64,000 bases of DNA from positions 4,640,001-4,704,000 of the forward strand of contig CM000154.2 of the NCBI GenBank assembly GCA_000004695.1. Direction: 5' to 3'. Positions 40,601 to 53,859 of this stretch are shown piece by piece. The DNA is from Dictyostelium discoideum (Eukaryota). The notes under the pieces were generated by a model that saw only the letters and a list, made by a program, of their open reading frames with translations, was not told where the DNA came from and made no database searches. Both the position numbers and the translations under genes were made by a program. Each line of letters begins with the position of its first letter. The first letter of the stretch is position 1.

Positions 40601-42458
40601 ATTATCACCAAATGGTATTGATGAATCAGTATTGGATGTTGGTAGTTCAATCATTTGTAGACATTTGAAAAAATTATCTGAAAATATTTGTCAACGACAA
40701 ACTTTACAAAAAATTGAAATTCTAATTATTGAAATTATTACAAGAAAACAAATATTATTAACAACTCAAATTAATAAAAATGAAACTACAAATAATAATA
40801 ATAATAATAATAATGAAGGAAATAATAATAATAATAATAATAATTTAATTTTAATTAATAATAATGATAATTCATTATCACAAATATTATCATTATCATT
40901 ATCAGATATAACTAGAATGAATCAACAATCATATTATTCATTAGCGTCAATAAAGTCACATCATATATCAATGATACAAGGTTCACAAGATGCTAAATCA
41001 ATTTGTAAAGCTATGGAATATCATCAAAAACTATTAGAACCTTATATAAATGAAATTTATTTTAATATTTTCCCACAAATTAACAATAACAACAACAACA
41101 ATAACAACAACAACAATAGTTCAAATTTTGTAATTGATAATAATTTTAATAATTTACAAATTGAATATAAAAAATCAGATTTACAAATTACTGCTGAATC
41201 AATATTTAATAGATTATCAGATTATATAAAAAAAGTTTTAAATAATGAAAATGAAAATATTAATAATAATAATAATAATGATAATAATGGTAACAACTTT
41301 GATATGACACAATTTAAAAAATCATTACCAACTTTATTTAGATTAGTTTCTGATATAATTACAAATCATTCAATTTTAACAAATTTTCATCAATATAGTA
41401 AATCAATTTTTAATGATATAAATGATAATAATAATAATAATAATAATGATACTAAAAATAAGGAGGAAAATAATAAAAATAATAATAATAATGAAAATAT
41501 AACAGATGGTATTATATTTAATGTTGATTTTAATTCATTTTCAATTGTACAAATGAATGATTCATTCATAACAACATTACCAATTAATGAAAATATAACA
41601 ACATCATTTAGTAAAACAACAATCACTATTATAAAAATATTTAATGAAATTCATCCAGACTTTATGGAAATTTTAACAAATTATTTATTACCATCTTCAA
41701 AGATATTCAATTTAGTAATTCAAACTATTCAATTTATTAAATCAACTTTATTAATTCAAAAGCAACAACAAAAATATCAACAACATCAAGAAGAAAAAGA
41801 AGAAAAAGAAGAAAATGAAAAAGAAAAAGAAAAAGAAATTGATTTTATTGAATTAAAGAAAGAAGAGGAATTTTTATGTAGTAAAATTGAAAATTGTTTC
41901 AATTGGTTACATTGTTTTGATTGGTTATTCATTACATTAATACAAGAAAATATTATTAAAATCATTTCTTTAGAAAGTAGTTGGATAAATATATTTGATA
42001 GATGTTTAACTTTTATTTTTGAATGTGATTCAAATAATAATACAACAGCAACAACAACAACAACAGCAACAACATCCCAACCAGAAATTTCAGATGATAA
42101 TAATAATAATAATAATAATAATTATAAAGAAAATCAATCAAATCATTTATTAATTGGTGCTAGTGTATTAGGATCATTTTTAAAGTATATTTGTCAATTT
42201 GTATCATTTTTTCAAACCTATTTTAAATTATACTACAAGACTCCAAAAGTTGTATTGGGTGGTGGTGGTGGTAATAGTAAACCATATCATTATGATCCAA
42301 TGTCATTCTATTTATGCGTTGATAGCTTTTTACAACGTTTAATTAAATTTAAAAATCGTGAAAAGTTTAGATATAATCAAAATTTTATTGATCAAATTGA
42401 TAAATCAATTAATTATTTAGAAAAATCAATAAATTTATTATTTCCAAGTTTTAAATAA
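36692..42458 (+). CDS. Large low-complexity protein (about 1815 aa), function unknown; exons 36692..36835, 36976..37553, 37724..42458
   Basis: Phase-consistent splice sites (GTATGT at 36836 with tag| at 36975; GTAAGT at 37554 with tag| at 37723) join three ORFs. The product is rich in N/Q/S/T homopolymers and (EK)n; I recognise no domain. Confidence 0.5.
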
Positions 42459-42924
42459 ATAAATAAAAAAAAAAAAAAAAAATTATTATTTCTAAAGTTT
42501 TAAATAAAAATAAAAAAAATAAAAAAATAAAAAAAAATAAAAAAAAAAATTTTAAAAAAAGGTTTGATAATTTATTGATTTTGATATATACATTTATAAA
42601 TGTCTTGTGTGAAAATGAAAAAAAAAAAAAAAAAAAAAACCTTAAATTTGATTTATTGATTTATTGATTTTTTTATTTTCACAAAAGATATATTTAAATA
42701 TATATATCAATAAAAAAACAGAAATAAAAAAATGATCATACTTTAACACACAACCAAATGAATTTCAAAAATTTGGCCACTGTTCGAATTTTTTTTTTTT
42801 TTTTTTTATTTTTTTTTTATTTTTTTTAATTTTTTTTTTTTTTTTTTTTTTTTTTTTCAAAATTATTATAATTTTTCATCACATCAATCACTCATTGTGT
42901 GTTTAAAAAAAAAATAAAAATAAT

Positions 42925-44124
42925 ATGATTTCTTCAGTTTCAACCAAATTAGTAAATATTTTTTTTTTTTTTTAGGAAAAAATAAAAAGAAAAAAAAAAA
43001 AAAAAAAACAAATCACACACAATTAATAAATCTTTTAAAACTTTTTAAAACTAATTTTATCTTTTTTTATTTTTTTTATAATTCTAATTAGAATTCATCA
43101 AAGAAATTATTAAATGTAGTATCATATACTACAGTTGCAAATAATGCAAATAAAAATAATAATAGTAAATCAATTTATAATATTTTAAGAAGAAAGAGAG
43201 ATAGACAAGGTTTAGTTAATGTTGAAGCATTTGAAAATGGTGAAAGTACAGTTTTCCCAAGATCAAGACAAGGTTTAGATTATGATTTAAATTGGACATT
43301 AAATGGTTACTCAATTACACCATCATATTCAGCATATCGTAATCCAAGATTACCATTACTTTTACAACATTCAAATGGTGTAACCGATAAGAACAACGTA
43401 TTGATTACATCATCATCAAGTCAAGAACCAAAAAATGTAGTAAACTTCTTTTTAGATGAAACCATCTCATCAAAGAATAACAAAGATAGTAGTAAAGTCA
43501 TTTCAATCGCAGATTATAAATTAGTTTTGGAAAAAGTTAAACAAAACATTTCAGAATCCACCAATATCTACGTACACGATTCTGCAGTTGGTAGTTGTAG
43601 AGATGTCGAGTCAAAGATCAGATTCGTCACAAATGATGCTGTATCCTCATTATTTGTTAAACATTTATTACCAACCACTACTCCAACTCAAGTAAATGAA
43701 TTTAAACATCAATTAACTGTTTATTGTGTACCAGAATTTAAATTCCCATCATCTTCATCATCATTACCATCATCATCATTCAATATCATTGATACTAAAA
43801 GAGGTATTGCTGTTATCGTTGGTATTCAGTCAACTGAAAACATTAGAAATGTCATCTCTTCAATCTCTTCAAATATCTTAATGAATACCAATCAAGATGC
43901 TCTTAGTTTATCCGCTGATATCTATACCTCATCTGAAGATGCTTCACCAGTACTCATTTTCAATAATGATGGTTTCCTCTTAAATAAGAATTTCGAATCT
44001 GGTAAAGTTGTCTCTCAAGGTGCTATTTGGTCAAAGAATACTCTTTCACGTTTATATAATTCAATTACTTATAATTTTGAATCAATTGCTCAAAATCAAT
44101 TGTAAGTATTTTATTTTAATTTAT

Positions 44125-44161
<37 letters not shown>

Positions 44162-44848
44162 AAAAATATTAATTTATTTGTCAAAATCCCCCCCCCCCCA
44201 AACTTCCATCTTTTTTTTTTTTGTTTTTTGAAAAAAAAAAAAAAAGTGACTTGATTGAAAAATTTGTTGGATCAAAAAAAGTAAATACAACTGTACCAAT
44301 TAAATTCGAAACTAATAGTTTCAAACAACCATCATCAGTTGTATTCATTATTAAAGATAATAGTGGTGTAATTCCAGCATTCTCTCAATTAAATTCTGAA
44401 CAAGCTCAAAAATATTTCGTATCTGGTTTTGTTGGTGATGATGTTTATCAACCATTCTTTATTAAAGAACAAAATACAACTCAAAATATTCAAAAAGCTG
44501 AACTCTTCAAAAGTAAGTTAATTAAATAATTTTTATTTATTTTTTTAATTTATTTTACTAATAATTTATTTTTTTATTTATTTATTTTTAGATTTAATTA
44601 AAGATGGTGGAGTTAATGTATATATTATTAATCCATCCTCTTTCCAAAAAGATGCTGAAGTTGATAAATTACTTGGTTCAATTATGTCTGGTAAAGTTGG
44701 TAAATCAACTACATCTGATGTTTACACTACTTTATCACCAATTCAAGTTTCATCTGCTACTCAACCAAAGAATGCTGAAGAAATTAAAAAATTAGCCAAA
44801 TCTTTTGAATCAAAATTACAAAAACAAGTTGATAGCCTTTTAGTTTAA
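42925..44848 (+). CDS. Phosphoenolpyruvate carboxykinase (ATP)-like protein, divergent; exons 42925..42951, 43092..44101, 44247..44512, 44592..44848
   Basis: Collinear similarity to PckA: 'IYVHDSAVGS...RFVT' versus '[22 protein letters not shown]'; 'VVFIIKDNSGVIPAFSQLNSEQAQKYFVSGFVGD' versus '[34 protein letters not shown]'; 'GVNVYIINPS' versus 'AYLVNTGWNG'. At the P-loop position (G-LSGTGKTTLS) this protein has 'GIQSTENIRN'. Exon 1 (9 codons) is a low-confidence call. Confidence 0.5.
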
Positions 44849-44899
44849 AATAATAATAATCCTTTTTTATAAAAAAAAAAAAAAAAAGTATTCAAAAAA

Positions 44900-45553
44900 A
44901 ATTCAAAAATGGGAACCCAAATTCTTTATGGTTGTCAAGAAAAAAAAAAAAGAAAAAAAAAAAAAGAAAAAAAAAAAAAATATCTAAAAAACAAACCCAA
45001 ATATAATATTATTAAAAATAAAAATCTTAAAAAAATGGAAAAATACAAAATAAAAAAAAATAAAATTAAAATAAAATTAAAAAAAAAAGAAAAAAAAAGA
45101 AAAAAAAAAAAAATTAATTATAATTAAAATTTGACATGTTGGCATGAACAACCAGGTCGTTGAATTCCTTTCAATGAAAAAAAGAAAAAAAAAAGGAGAT
45201 TTATTAAAATTTAAATTAATTTTTTTTTTTTTTTTTTTTCGGCCTTTGCAACCATACGCGCCTACGGTCGTTTTTTTTATTATTTTATTTTAAAAAAAAA
45301 TAATGATCAGCAAAAAAAAAAAAAAATAAAAATAAAAAAAAAAAAAAAAAAAAAAAAAATAAAAGTTTTTTTTTTAAAAAAAAAAAAAAAAACACATAGT
45401 AGTCTTAAAAAATTAATATTTTAACAAAAAAAAAAACAGGTGGATGTAATAATATAAAAAAAGAAAAATAGAAAAATAGAAAAATAGAATAATAGAATAA
45501 TAGAAAAATCCAATAATAGGAAAATAGGAAAATATAATAATATAAAATGTAAG

Positions 45554-45586
<33 letters not shown>

Positions 45587-48471
45587 AAAAGAAGAAAAAC
45601 AAATTTTGGTGATGAAGTGTTTTTTTTTTTTTAATCTAGATCTTTTTTTTTTTTTTTTTAGAAAATAATTTTCATTTTATTATCATTTTTCTTTTAATTA
45701 TCACCCACATTATCACATAATTAATAATCTCATCAATTGACATTAGTTACATTAATACCCTTTTTTATTTTTTAATTTTTTAATTTTTTTTTTTTTAATT
45801 TTTTAATTTTTTTTTTTAACTCATTATTTTAATAATTTCACTAAATCAAACATATTATCCAAATCGGTTTTGTGATATATATTCATGAAATATTATCATA
45901 ATAACTACCCCCAAAAATAAAAAAAATAATTAAAAAAATAATTAAAAAAAAAAATAACCCCCACAATAGAGAGATACACACTAATTAATGCAGACTATGA
46001 ATTTTTTTCACCCCCAAGTTATGATTCATTCAACATAATCACACCATAAAAATAAATAGAATTAATACACATTCTGCACAGTGTTTTTTTTTTTTTTTTT
46101 TTTTGTATTCCATCATCAATTAATATAATTTTAATTAATTTTAAATTTTTTTTATTTTTTTAAAAAAAAAAAAACCTTTTAAAAATACTTTTTATCTGAA
46201 AATGAATAAAAATACTTTTCAAAATTTTTGAAAAAAAAAAAAGAAAAAAAAGAAAAAAAAAAAAAAAAATACAGATTAAAGATTTTTTTTTATTTAAAAC
46301 AATAATAAAATAATAATAATAATAATATTAATAAAAAACACTCACACATTTATTTAAACACATTTATTCTTTTCACCCACATTTACAAAAGTTTTTATAA
46401 ATAATTAAATATTACTATAAAAAAACTGAAAAAACAGAAAAAATTAAAAAAGGTATGGCGCGCAGAATACACTTACTTTTTTTTTATAATTATAATAATA
46501 ATAAATTATTATATTTTAAAATTATTGTATTAGTTTTATTATTATTATTATTATTATTTTTTTAGAATAGTTATAAAAGGAATTCCTTTTTCTATTTTTA
46601 TTTTCTTTTTTTTCATTCAAAATAATAATTTAAACCCAAAATAAAATAAAATAAAATAAATTGTAAATAAAATTATAAAATAAAACACACCACATTTATT
46701 TATATAAATAAAATAATACAATTAAAAAGTGGAAATACAATACTTGAAAAGTAGTTATTCATTTGTTTTTATTATTTTATTTATACACACTACACACACA
46801 TACGCACACACTCCACATATTTAAAAAAAACAATGTAATATCATGATTCATAATTATCATATTATTATTATTATTATTATTTATAGGTGATGAATAAAAT
46901 TAAAATTATCTAAATAATCATTATTGTTAATAATATTTAAAAAAAAATATCTTTTCTATTCTTTTATTTTTTTTTATTTTTTTATTTTATTTATTTTATT
47001 TTTATTATTTTTTATTTTATTTTATAAATAACCACACACACACTCACACACACCACACCCAGGATAATAAGTTTTTATTTTTAAAAATAGAAACAAAACA
47101 TAAAAAAAAAATAAAAAAAAACAAAAAATAAAAAAAAAATAAAAAATCCATAAACCACAACTATCCTATTTTTTTGTTTTTTTTAATTTTTTTTTTTTTT
47201 TTTTGGTCAATGATTATTTTAATTCGTATATCTGAGAGTGTCTCTTTTTTAATGGGTATTTTTGTAATTCTTATCATCATCACCAATTTTTTTATTTTAA
47301 AATTTTTTTTTTTTATTCAATTTTTTTTTATTTAATTTTATTTTTAATATTTAATTTTTTTTTTTTTATTTTCTTAATATAAATTCCAGAAAAAAAAAAC
47401 AAAAAAAAAAAACATTATTTAATCAATTTTTATCCAATTAAAATCCAAATTTATCTAATTTATATTGGTAGGAATTTTAAAAGTAATGATAATAATAATA
47501 AAAAAAATTATTGAATATTCAAATACAAATAATATATATTTTTTTTATTTCTAAATATATATTTTTTATAAACCACCTTTTTTCTTTATTTTTTTTTTAA
47601 TTAATTTCCTAAAAGAAGGAAAAAAAAAGAAAAAAAGATTTTTTTTTAAATTAAAATTTTTACAGTTAAATTAAATAGTAATTTTTTAATATTATTATTA
47701 CAAATAAATAATTTTTTATAATATTATTTTTCTCATAATCAAATATCGTTATTATAAAAAAAAAAAACAAAAAAAAAAGATATTCATTTACACACCATTA
47801 AACACTTGAATATTTGACACTTACACCACACCCCACTCCCACAATTAAGTTAACCACAACACAACTTTCGAAACTACACCCACACACACAAGGGAAAAAG
47901 ATTTTATATATACAAACCGCACTATCTAATTTTATATGAACATTAAACTTTTCATTCGTGTAAAAAAAAAAAAAAAAAAAAAAACAAAAAAAAAAAACAA
48001 CCCCCACTTTCACAAAATATATACACACACATAATATCTAGGTCCGTTTTATTTTTTTTTTTTTTAGAATTTTTTTTTTTTTTTTTTTTTTTCTAAACAA
48101 CACGCATAAAATATTATAATTTTATTTTTATTTAAAAATATTTTAATTTTTTATTTTTTTTTATTTTTTTTATTTTTATATAAAAACCACACTATTTTTT
48201 ATTAAAAAACATTTATTTATATCATTGTTTTTTTTTTTTAAAATATTTATTTATTTTTTTGATTCACAAATATAAAATATTAATATATTTATAATTATTT
48301 TAGAAAAAAAAATATCTCAAACCAAAAATAGACAGCCTAAATATTTTAAAAGAAAAAAAACAAAAAATATACATTTTAAAATAATTAATAGCAATAATTA
48401 GTAATAACAGTTTTTAATTAATTTAAAAAAAAAAAAAAAAAAAACATAATTTATAATTTTTCCAACTTAAA

Positions 48472-48502
<31 letters not shown>

Positions 48503-48535
48503 AACCAACCATTATTTAAAAATTTTAATTAAAAA

Positions 48536-48566
<31 letters not shown>

Positions 48567-48650
48567 ATAATAAATAGTAATAACTTTTATTTATTTAATC
48601 AAAAATCAAACAATTTTTTAAATTAAAAAAAAAAAAAAAAAAAAAATAAA
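44900..48650. other. Extended ORF-free AT-rich intergenic region with CA-rich islands and DUSE-like motifs
   Basis: No ORF of 100 aa or more on either strand over about 3.6 kb; the ORF-track hits here are homopolymer artefacts. Confidence 0.5.
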
Positions 48651-48664
48651 TCAATCAAAATAAA

Positions 48665-50023
48665 ATGGAACCAATTTTAATTCCTTCACAACATAATAGA
48701 TTAGTTATTCCAAGTGAACCAAATGAAGAAGAATTTAATTATATAGCAGATGGATATAAAGGTAAATTAAATATTGATTCCTATGATATTATTTCAACCA
48801 TTGGTAGTGGATCATATGGTGAAGTTTGTATAGTAAGAGAAAAATCCACAAAACAAGTTTATGCAATGAAAAAAATATATTATACAGAAGTTAGTGATAC
48901 AGAATTAGTTGTATGTATTTTAATTAAAATTATTATTTTTTAAGAAAAAAAAAAAAAAAAAAAAAAAAAAATTTATTAATTTTATTTAATTTTATTTAAT
49001 TTTTAATAGAAAAAAAGAGCATTAAGAGAAAGAGATGCTATGGTAATTTGTAATAATAAAAATAATAAAAGAGCACCAAAATTATATTGTTCATTTATTG
49101 ATGATAATGAAGGAGTATTCTATTATGTAATGGAGTTTATTGCAGGTGGTGATTTCAATTCATATTGTTATAAACGTTTAGTTGATGGTAAAAAATTTAC
49201 AGAAGAAGAAATTAAATTCTATATAGCAGAGTTGGTATTATGTTTAGAAGCTTTTCATTCATATGGTTTACTTCATCGTGATGTTAAACCAGAGAATTTA
49301 ATGATAAATAAAGATGGTCATTTGGTTTTAGGTGATTTTGGTAGTTCGAAATTAGCAAATAATAGTGGTGGTGGTGGTGGTAATTTTGGTAATACATTAA
49401 CAGTGCCAATGTCAACATCATATTCAACATCACCATCGTCATCAATTTCATCATCATTATTGGGTGGTAGTGGCGGATTTACACCATCACATTGGAATGG
49501 AATGGCTGGAAGTGCAGGTTCATCATTTGGTTCTTCATCTTTGGGTAGATCATTCGATAATACACCACCAAATTTCAATTCATTCCTAAGAAATCCTCAT
49601 AGTTCCTATACTTCCTATATTGGTACTCCACAATATATGGCAGTTGAGGTGGTTCAAGGTGTAAATTATTCAAAACTTTGTGATTTTTGGTCATTGGGTG
49701 CTATCCTTTTCGAATTGGTAACTGGTCAAGCTTTATTTGTTGAATCACCAGATACAACCGAACAAAAGATTAGAGAAAACATTGGTAATTGGAGAGGTCT
49801 TTTAAATACTGCAGTACAAAAGAATCAACCAATGTCAAAACAAGCTGAATCTTTAATTAGAGAATGTATTGCTCCAGAACGTAAACGTCCTGATGCTTCA
49901 ACCATTAAAAAACATCCATTCTTTGAAGGTATTAATTGGGAAGAAATGGCAAATTTCAATGTTGAACCACCTTTTAAACCAACTTTATCAAGTGATGATG
50001 ATATTTCTTATTTTACAAATTAA
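48665..50023 (+). CDS. AGC-family serine/threonine protein kinase; exons 48665..48910 and 49010..50023
   Basis: GSGSYGEV...YAMKK (subdomains I-II), HRDVKPENL, DFG, GTPQYMAVE, and a C-terminal 'HPFFEGINWEEM' AGC tail. Donor gtt|GTATGT (48911) and acceptor aatag| (49009) are in phase 0. There is a roughly 100-aa Gly/Ser-rich insert between DFG and the APE-equivalent. Confidence 0.7.
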
Positions 50024-50036
50024 ATTAAAAAATCAA

Positions 50037-50068
<32 letters not shown>

Positions 50069-50799
50069 AAGAAAAAAAAAAAAAAAAACAAAACAAAACG
50101 AAGAATCAAGAAAGAGGAAATTAAAGAAATTAGTGTCGGGTGTGTGCGCGTAAAACATTTTCTATATATTTATATATTTATATATCTATATTATTTCAAA
50201 TTTTAAAGTGAAATTGTATTTTCATTATTTTTTTTCAAAAGAAATACAACACTTTTATTATTATTATTATCATTTTTTTTTTTTTTAATTAATTAATTAA
50301 TCAACTATACATATTCAACACAATTTGCCTGTAAAGAAATTTCATTAACAAATTTAATTAATTGGTTAAATAGTTTTTCCAAATTTTATTAAAACTTTAC
50401 GAATATTAACGAATCATATTATTTTTTTATTTTTTTTTTTTAAAATTGAAAAAAAAAAAAAAAAAAAAAAATCTATAAATAAAGCATAATTTGTTTCTAA
50501 AAATATATATAATTATTAAGTTATTAATTTTTTTAATTTTTTTTTTTTTTTTTAAAATTTAAAAGTCTTTTACAATCTGTAAAATTATCTGCTCAGAAAA
50601 TTGAAAAAAAAAAAAATAAAATAAAATAATTTATTGATTTTTTTTTTTTTTTTTCTCAATTTTCCAAGCAGATAATTATATTGATTTTGATCAAAATTAT
50701 TAAAAACTGTAATTTAAATTGAAAAAAAAAATAATAAAAAAAAAAAATTAAATTATTATTCTAAAACCCACCACACTTTTTTTTTTTTTTATTTCCAAC

Positions 50800-51428
50800 T
50801 TTTCTGACAGTCCAAATATAGGTAATGGAATATCGAAATTTTATGTTTATACAGATAAGGAGTCCTTTAAATTTGATAATAAACGTTGTATAGCATTTAA
50901 AGATGATTGTAAAATTTTATCAAAATTAGAAAAAAATCAAATTCCATCGAGTGTAATGTTATTTGATGGATTCAACCAGAAATTAATACAAAATATATTG
51001 CCAGAAGGTATTAAGTTATTGTATATAGGTGATGTAAAACAAGAATTGGTAATTGGATCAATTCCTAATACTGTGTTGACTGTCTTTTTAAAGATGGATT
51101 TAATCAAAAATTAACACCTGGTATATTACCAGAAAGTGTTGATGTATTGCATTTACGTGATATCAAACATGAGTTAACAATTGGTTCAATTCCTAATACT
51201 GTTAAGTTTGTCATTTTATTTGATGGATTCAATCAAAAATTAACGCCTTCTATATTACCAGAAGGTGTTAAATCATTGTATTTGGGTGATATAAAACAAT
51301 AATTAATTATTGGTTCAGTTCATAGCCTTCACTCTTACTTAACTCATGGCCACAGCACCATTCAATAAATAAAACTAATAATGATATCTAAAACCAACTA
51401 ATACCAACCCAATGTACATAAATAAACA

Positions 51429-51517
<89 letters not shown>

Positions 51518-52150
51518 TTTGCTATTATCACAATTGTGCATAATATAAATTACTAACAACTCGAAAAAAAAAAAAAAAAAAAAAAACCAAGATTACATAG
51601 ATTTAAAAATCTCCCCCTCTGCGATTAGTTAATATATACTTTCAATTTTCTAATTTATAACTTTCATGTGTTCATTTATTCTAAAATAATTAAATAAAAA
51701 TTAAAAGCATGGAATGCACCTTTTATTCCTACCACTGTAAGGGGTGTCTTTATTAAATGGATTCAATCAAAAATTATCACCAGGTATATTACCAGAAGGT
51801 ATAACATCATTGTATTTATCTGGTATTAAACAAGAATTAATTAATGGTTCAATTCCTAATACTGTAAAGAGTGTCTCTTTATTAGTTCAATCAAAAATTA
51901 ACACCTGGTGTTGAATCTTTGGTTATAGGTGATATAAAACAAGAATTAATGATTGGTTCAATTTCTGATACTGTAACAAGTGTAAATGTTTCAAATAAGT
52001 TTAAACATCAAATTAAACCCTTTGTTTCTAATAAATCAATAATATCCCAATTTTAAAGAGAATCCTAATACTGTGACTCATGTCTTTTTAGAAGATGGAT
52101 TCAACCAAAAATTAACACCAGGTATATTACCAGAAGGTGTTGATTCATTG
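50800..52150 (+). pseudogene. Degenerate B-box/FNIP family copies (FNIP repeats with frameshifts and stops)
   Basis: FNIP-type repeats (LFDGFNQKLIQNILPEGIKLLYIGDVKQELVIGSIPNTV...) interrupted by indels and in-frame TAA; a second fragment at 51720..52150. Confidence 0.5.
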
Positions 52151-52424
52151 TCCATAGATGATATAAAATAATTTTAATAAAAAAAACTTCTTTAATATTT
52201 GTAAAAATTTTAACAATATTAATGACGATTTTTTAAATTTTTTTTTTTTTTATTATTTAAATAATATTTATTATTAAATTAATAAACCTAAAACTTAAAC
52301 TGAGTTGAAATCTGACATAATGAAAATAACCATGCATGAAAAGAAAATCACCCAGACTTATTTTTAATTTTTTTTTTTTTTTTGTTTATTTTTAATTAAT
52401 AAAAGAAACAATTCATTCAAATAG

Positions 52425-52685
52425 AAAATTAACTCACAAAAAACCAATTATTTTCAAATTATTTTTAATTTTCATATTGATACCAATACAATTAAAATAA
52501 TTAAACAATATCAACAATCATTAATACTTTTAAATAATAATATCAATAATTTTAATAAATTAAAAGAATACAATAATCAATCCATTCATTATTATCAAAA
52601 AATAATTGGAGAAATTAAAAATAATTTTAAATTAATTTACACATTAAATAATAATAATAATAATAATAGTATAAATAATAATAAC

Positions 52686-52771
<86 letters not shown>

Positions 52772-53388
52772 TAATAATATTTATATTAATAGTAATAGAT
52801 ATGAAATAGAAATAGATGAAGATAATAATGAATTTTTTAAATGTAAGCTTAATTTATTTTTTTTATAGATGATATTCACATTATTCTGACAGTGGAGGTC
52901 CAAATATAGATGGAATATCAAAATTTTATATTTACACAGATAAGGAATCCTTTGAATTTAATAATAAACGTTGTATAGCATTTAAAGAAGATTGTAGTAT
53001 TTTATCAAAATTAGAAAATAATCAAATACCATCGAGTGTAATGTTATTAGATGGATTCAATCAGAAATTAATACGAAATATATTACCAGAAGGTATTCTT
53101 TCATTGTATTTATGTGATATAAGACAAGAATTGATAATAGGTTCAATTCCTAATACTGTAGTGGGTGTCTATTTATTAGATGGATTCAATCAAAAAATAG
53201 AACCAGGTATATTACCAAATGGTATTAAATCATTGCACTTGTGTGATATAAAACAAGGATTAACCATTGGTTCAATTCCTGATGCTTTAGAGTATGTCTT
53301 TATAGAATATAGATTCAATCAAAAATTAGCACCTGATTTATTTCCAGAAACTATAAGATTTCAAAGACTCCAAAGATTTTTATATTAA
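52425..53388 (+). pseudogene. B-box/FNIP family copy 2: 5'-truncated exon 1 (52425..52842, no start codon, no B-box) plus an intact FNIP exon (52910..53388)
   Basis: Exon-1 remnant encodes [17 protein letters not shown]...FFKCK, ending at the conserved GTAAGC donor. Exon 2 after caaatatag| encodes ISKFYIYTDKESFEFNNKRCIAFKEDCSILSKLENNQIPSSVMLLDGFNQ... with 5 FNIP repeats. The upstream ORF opens directly after a TAG with no ATG. Confidence 0.45.
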
Positions 53389-53731
53389 TATAATTTCAAT
53401 TTCCTAATTATATATAACTTTCATTGGTTCATATATTCTAAAATAAATTAAAGAAAAATTAAAAGCATGAAATGAACATTATTCCTAATACTGTGTTTTA
53501 TTTAAATAATAGATATTAACATATATTAAAAAAACATATATTAAAAACCAGTGAAATAAATCATTTATTAAATCAAAAAATTATTAAAATTATTAAATAT
53601 TAATAAATACTAATTTTGCCACTTGAAAATAGAAACAAATTATATAGGAAGGAAAATAATAAAAATAAAATAATTTAAAATAAAAAAAATAAATTAGAAA
53701 TAATTTAAAAATAATTTAAAAATAATTTAAA

Positions 53732-53811
<80 letters not shown>

Positions 53812-53859
53812 TAATATTAATAATAATAATAATATTTTAATTAATAATAATATTTTAAT

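Noticed and set aside
45405-48028. ORFs 44909..45127 (poly-K), 45405..45602 (poly-F) and 47798..48028
   Set aside because: Homopolymer translations in the ORF-free intergenic region; no coding periodicity.
49318-50153. ORFs 49318..49578 (-) and 49869..50153 (+)
   Set aside because: Antisense to, or an alternate frame of, the kinase CDS and its poly-A 3' region.
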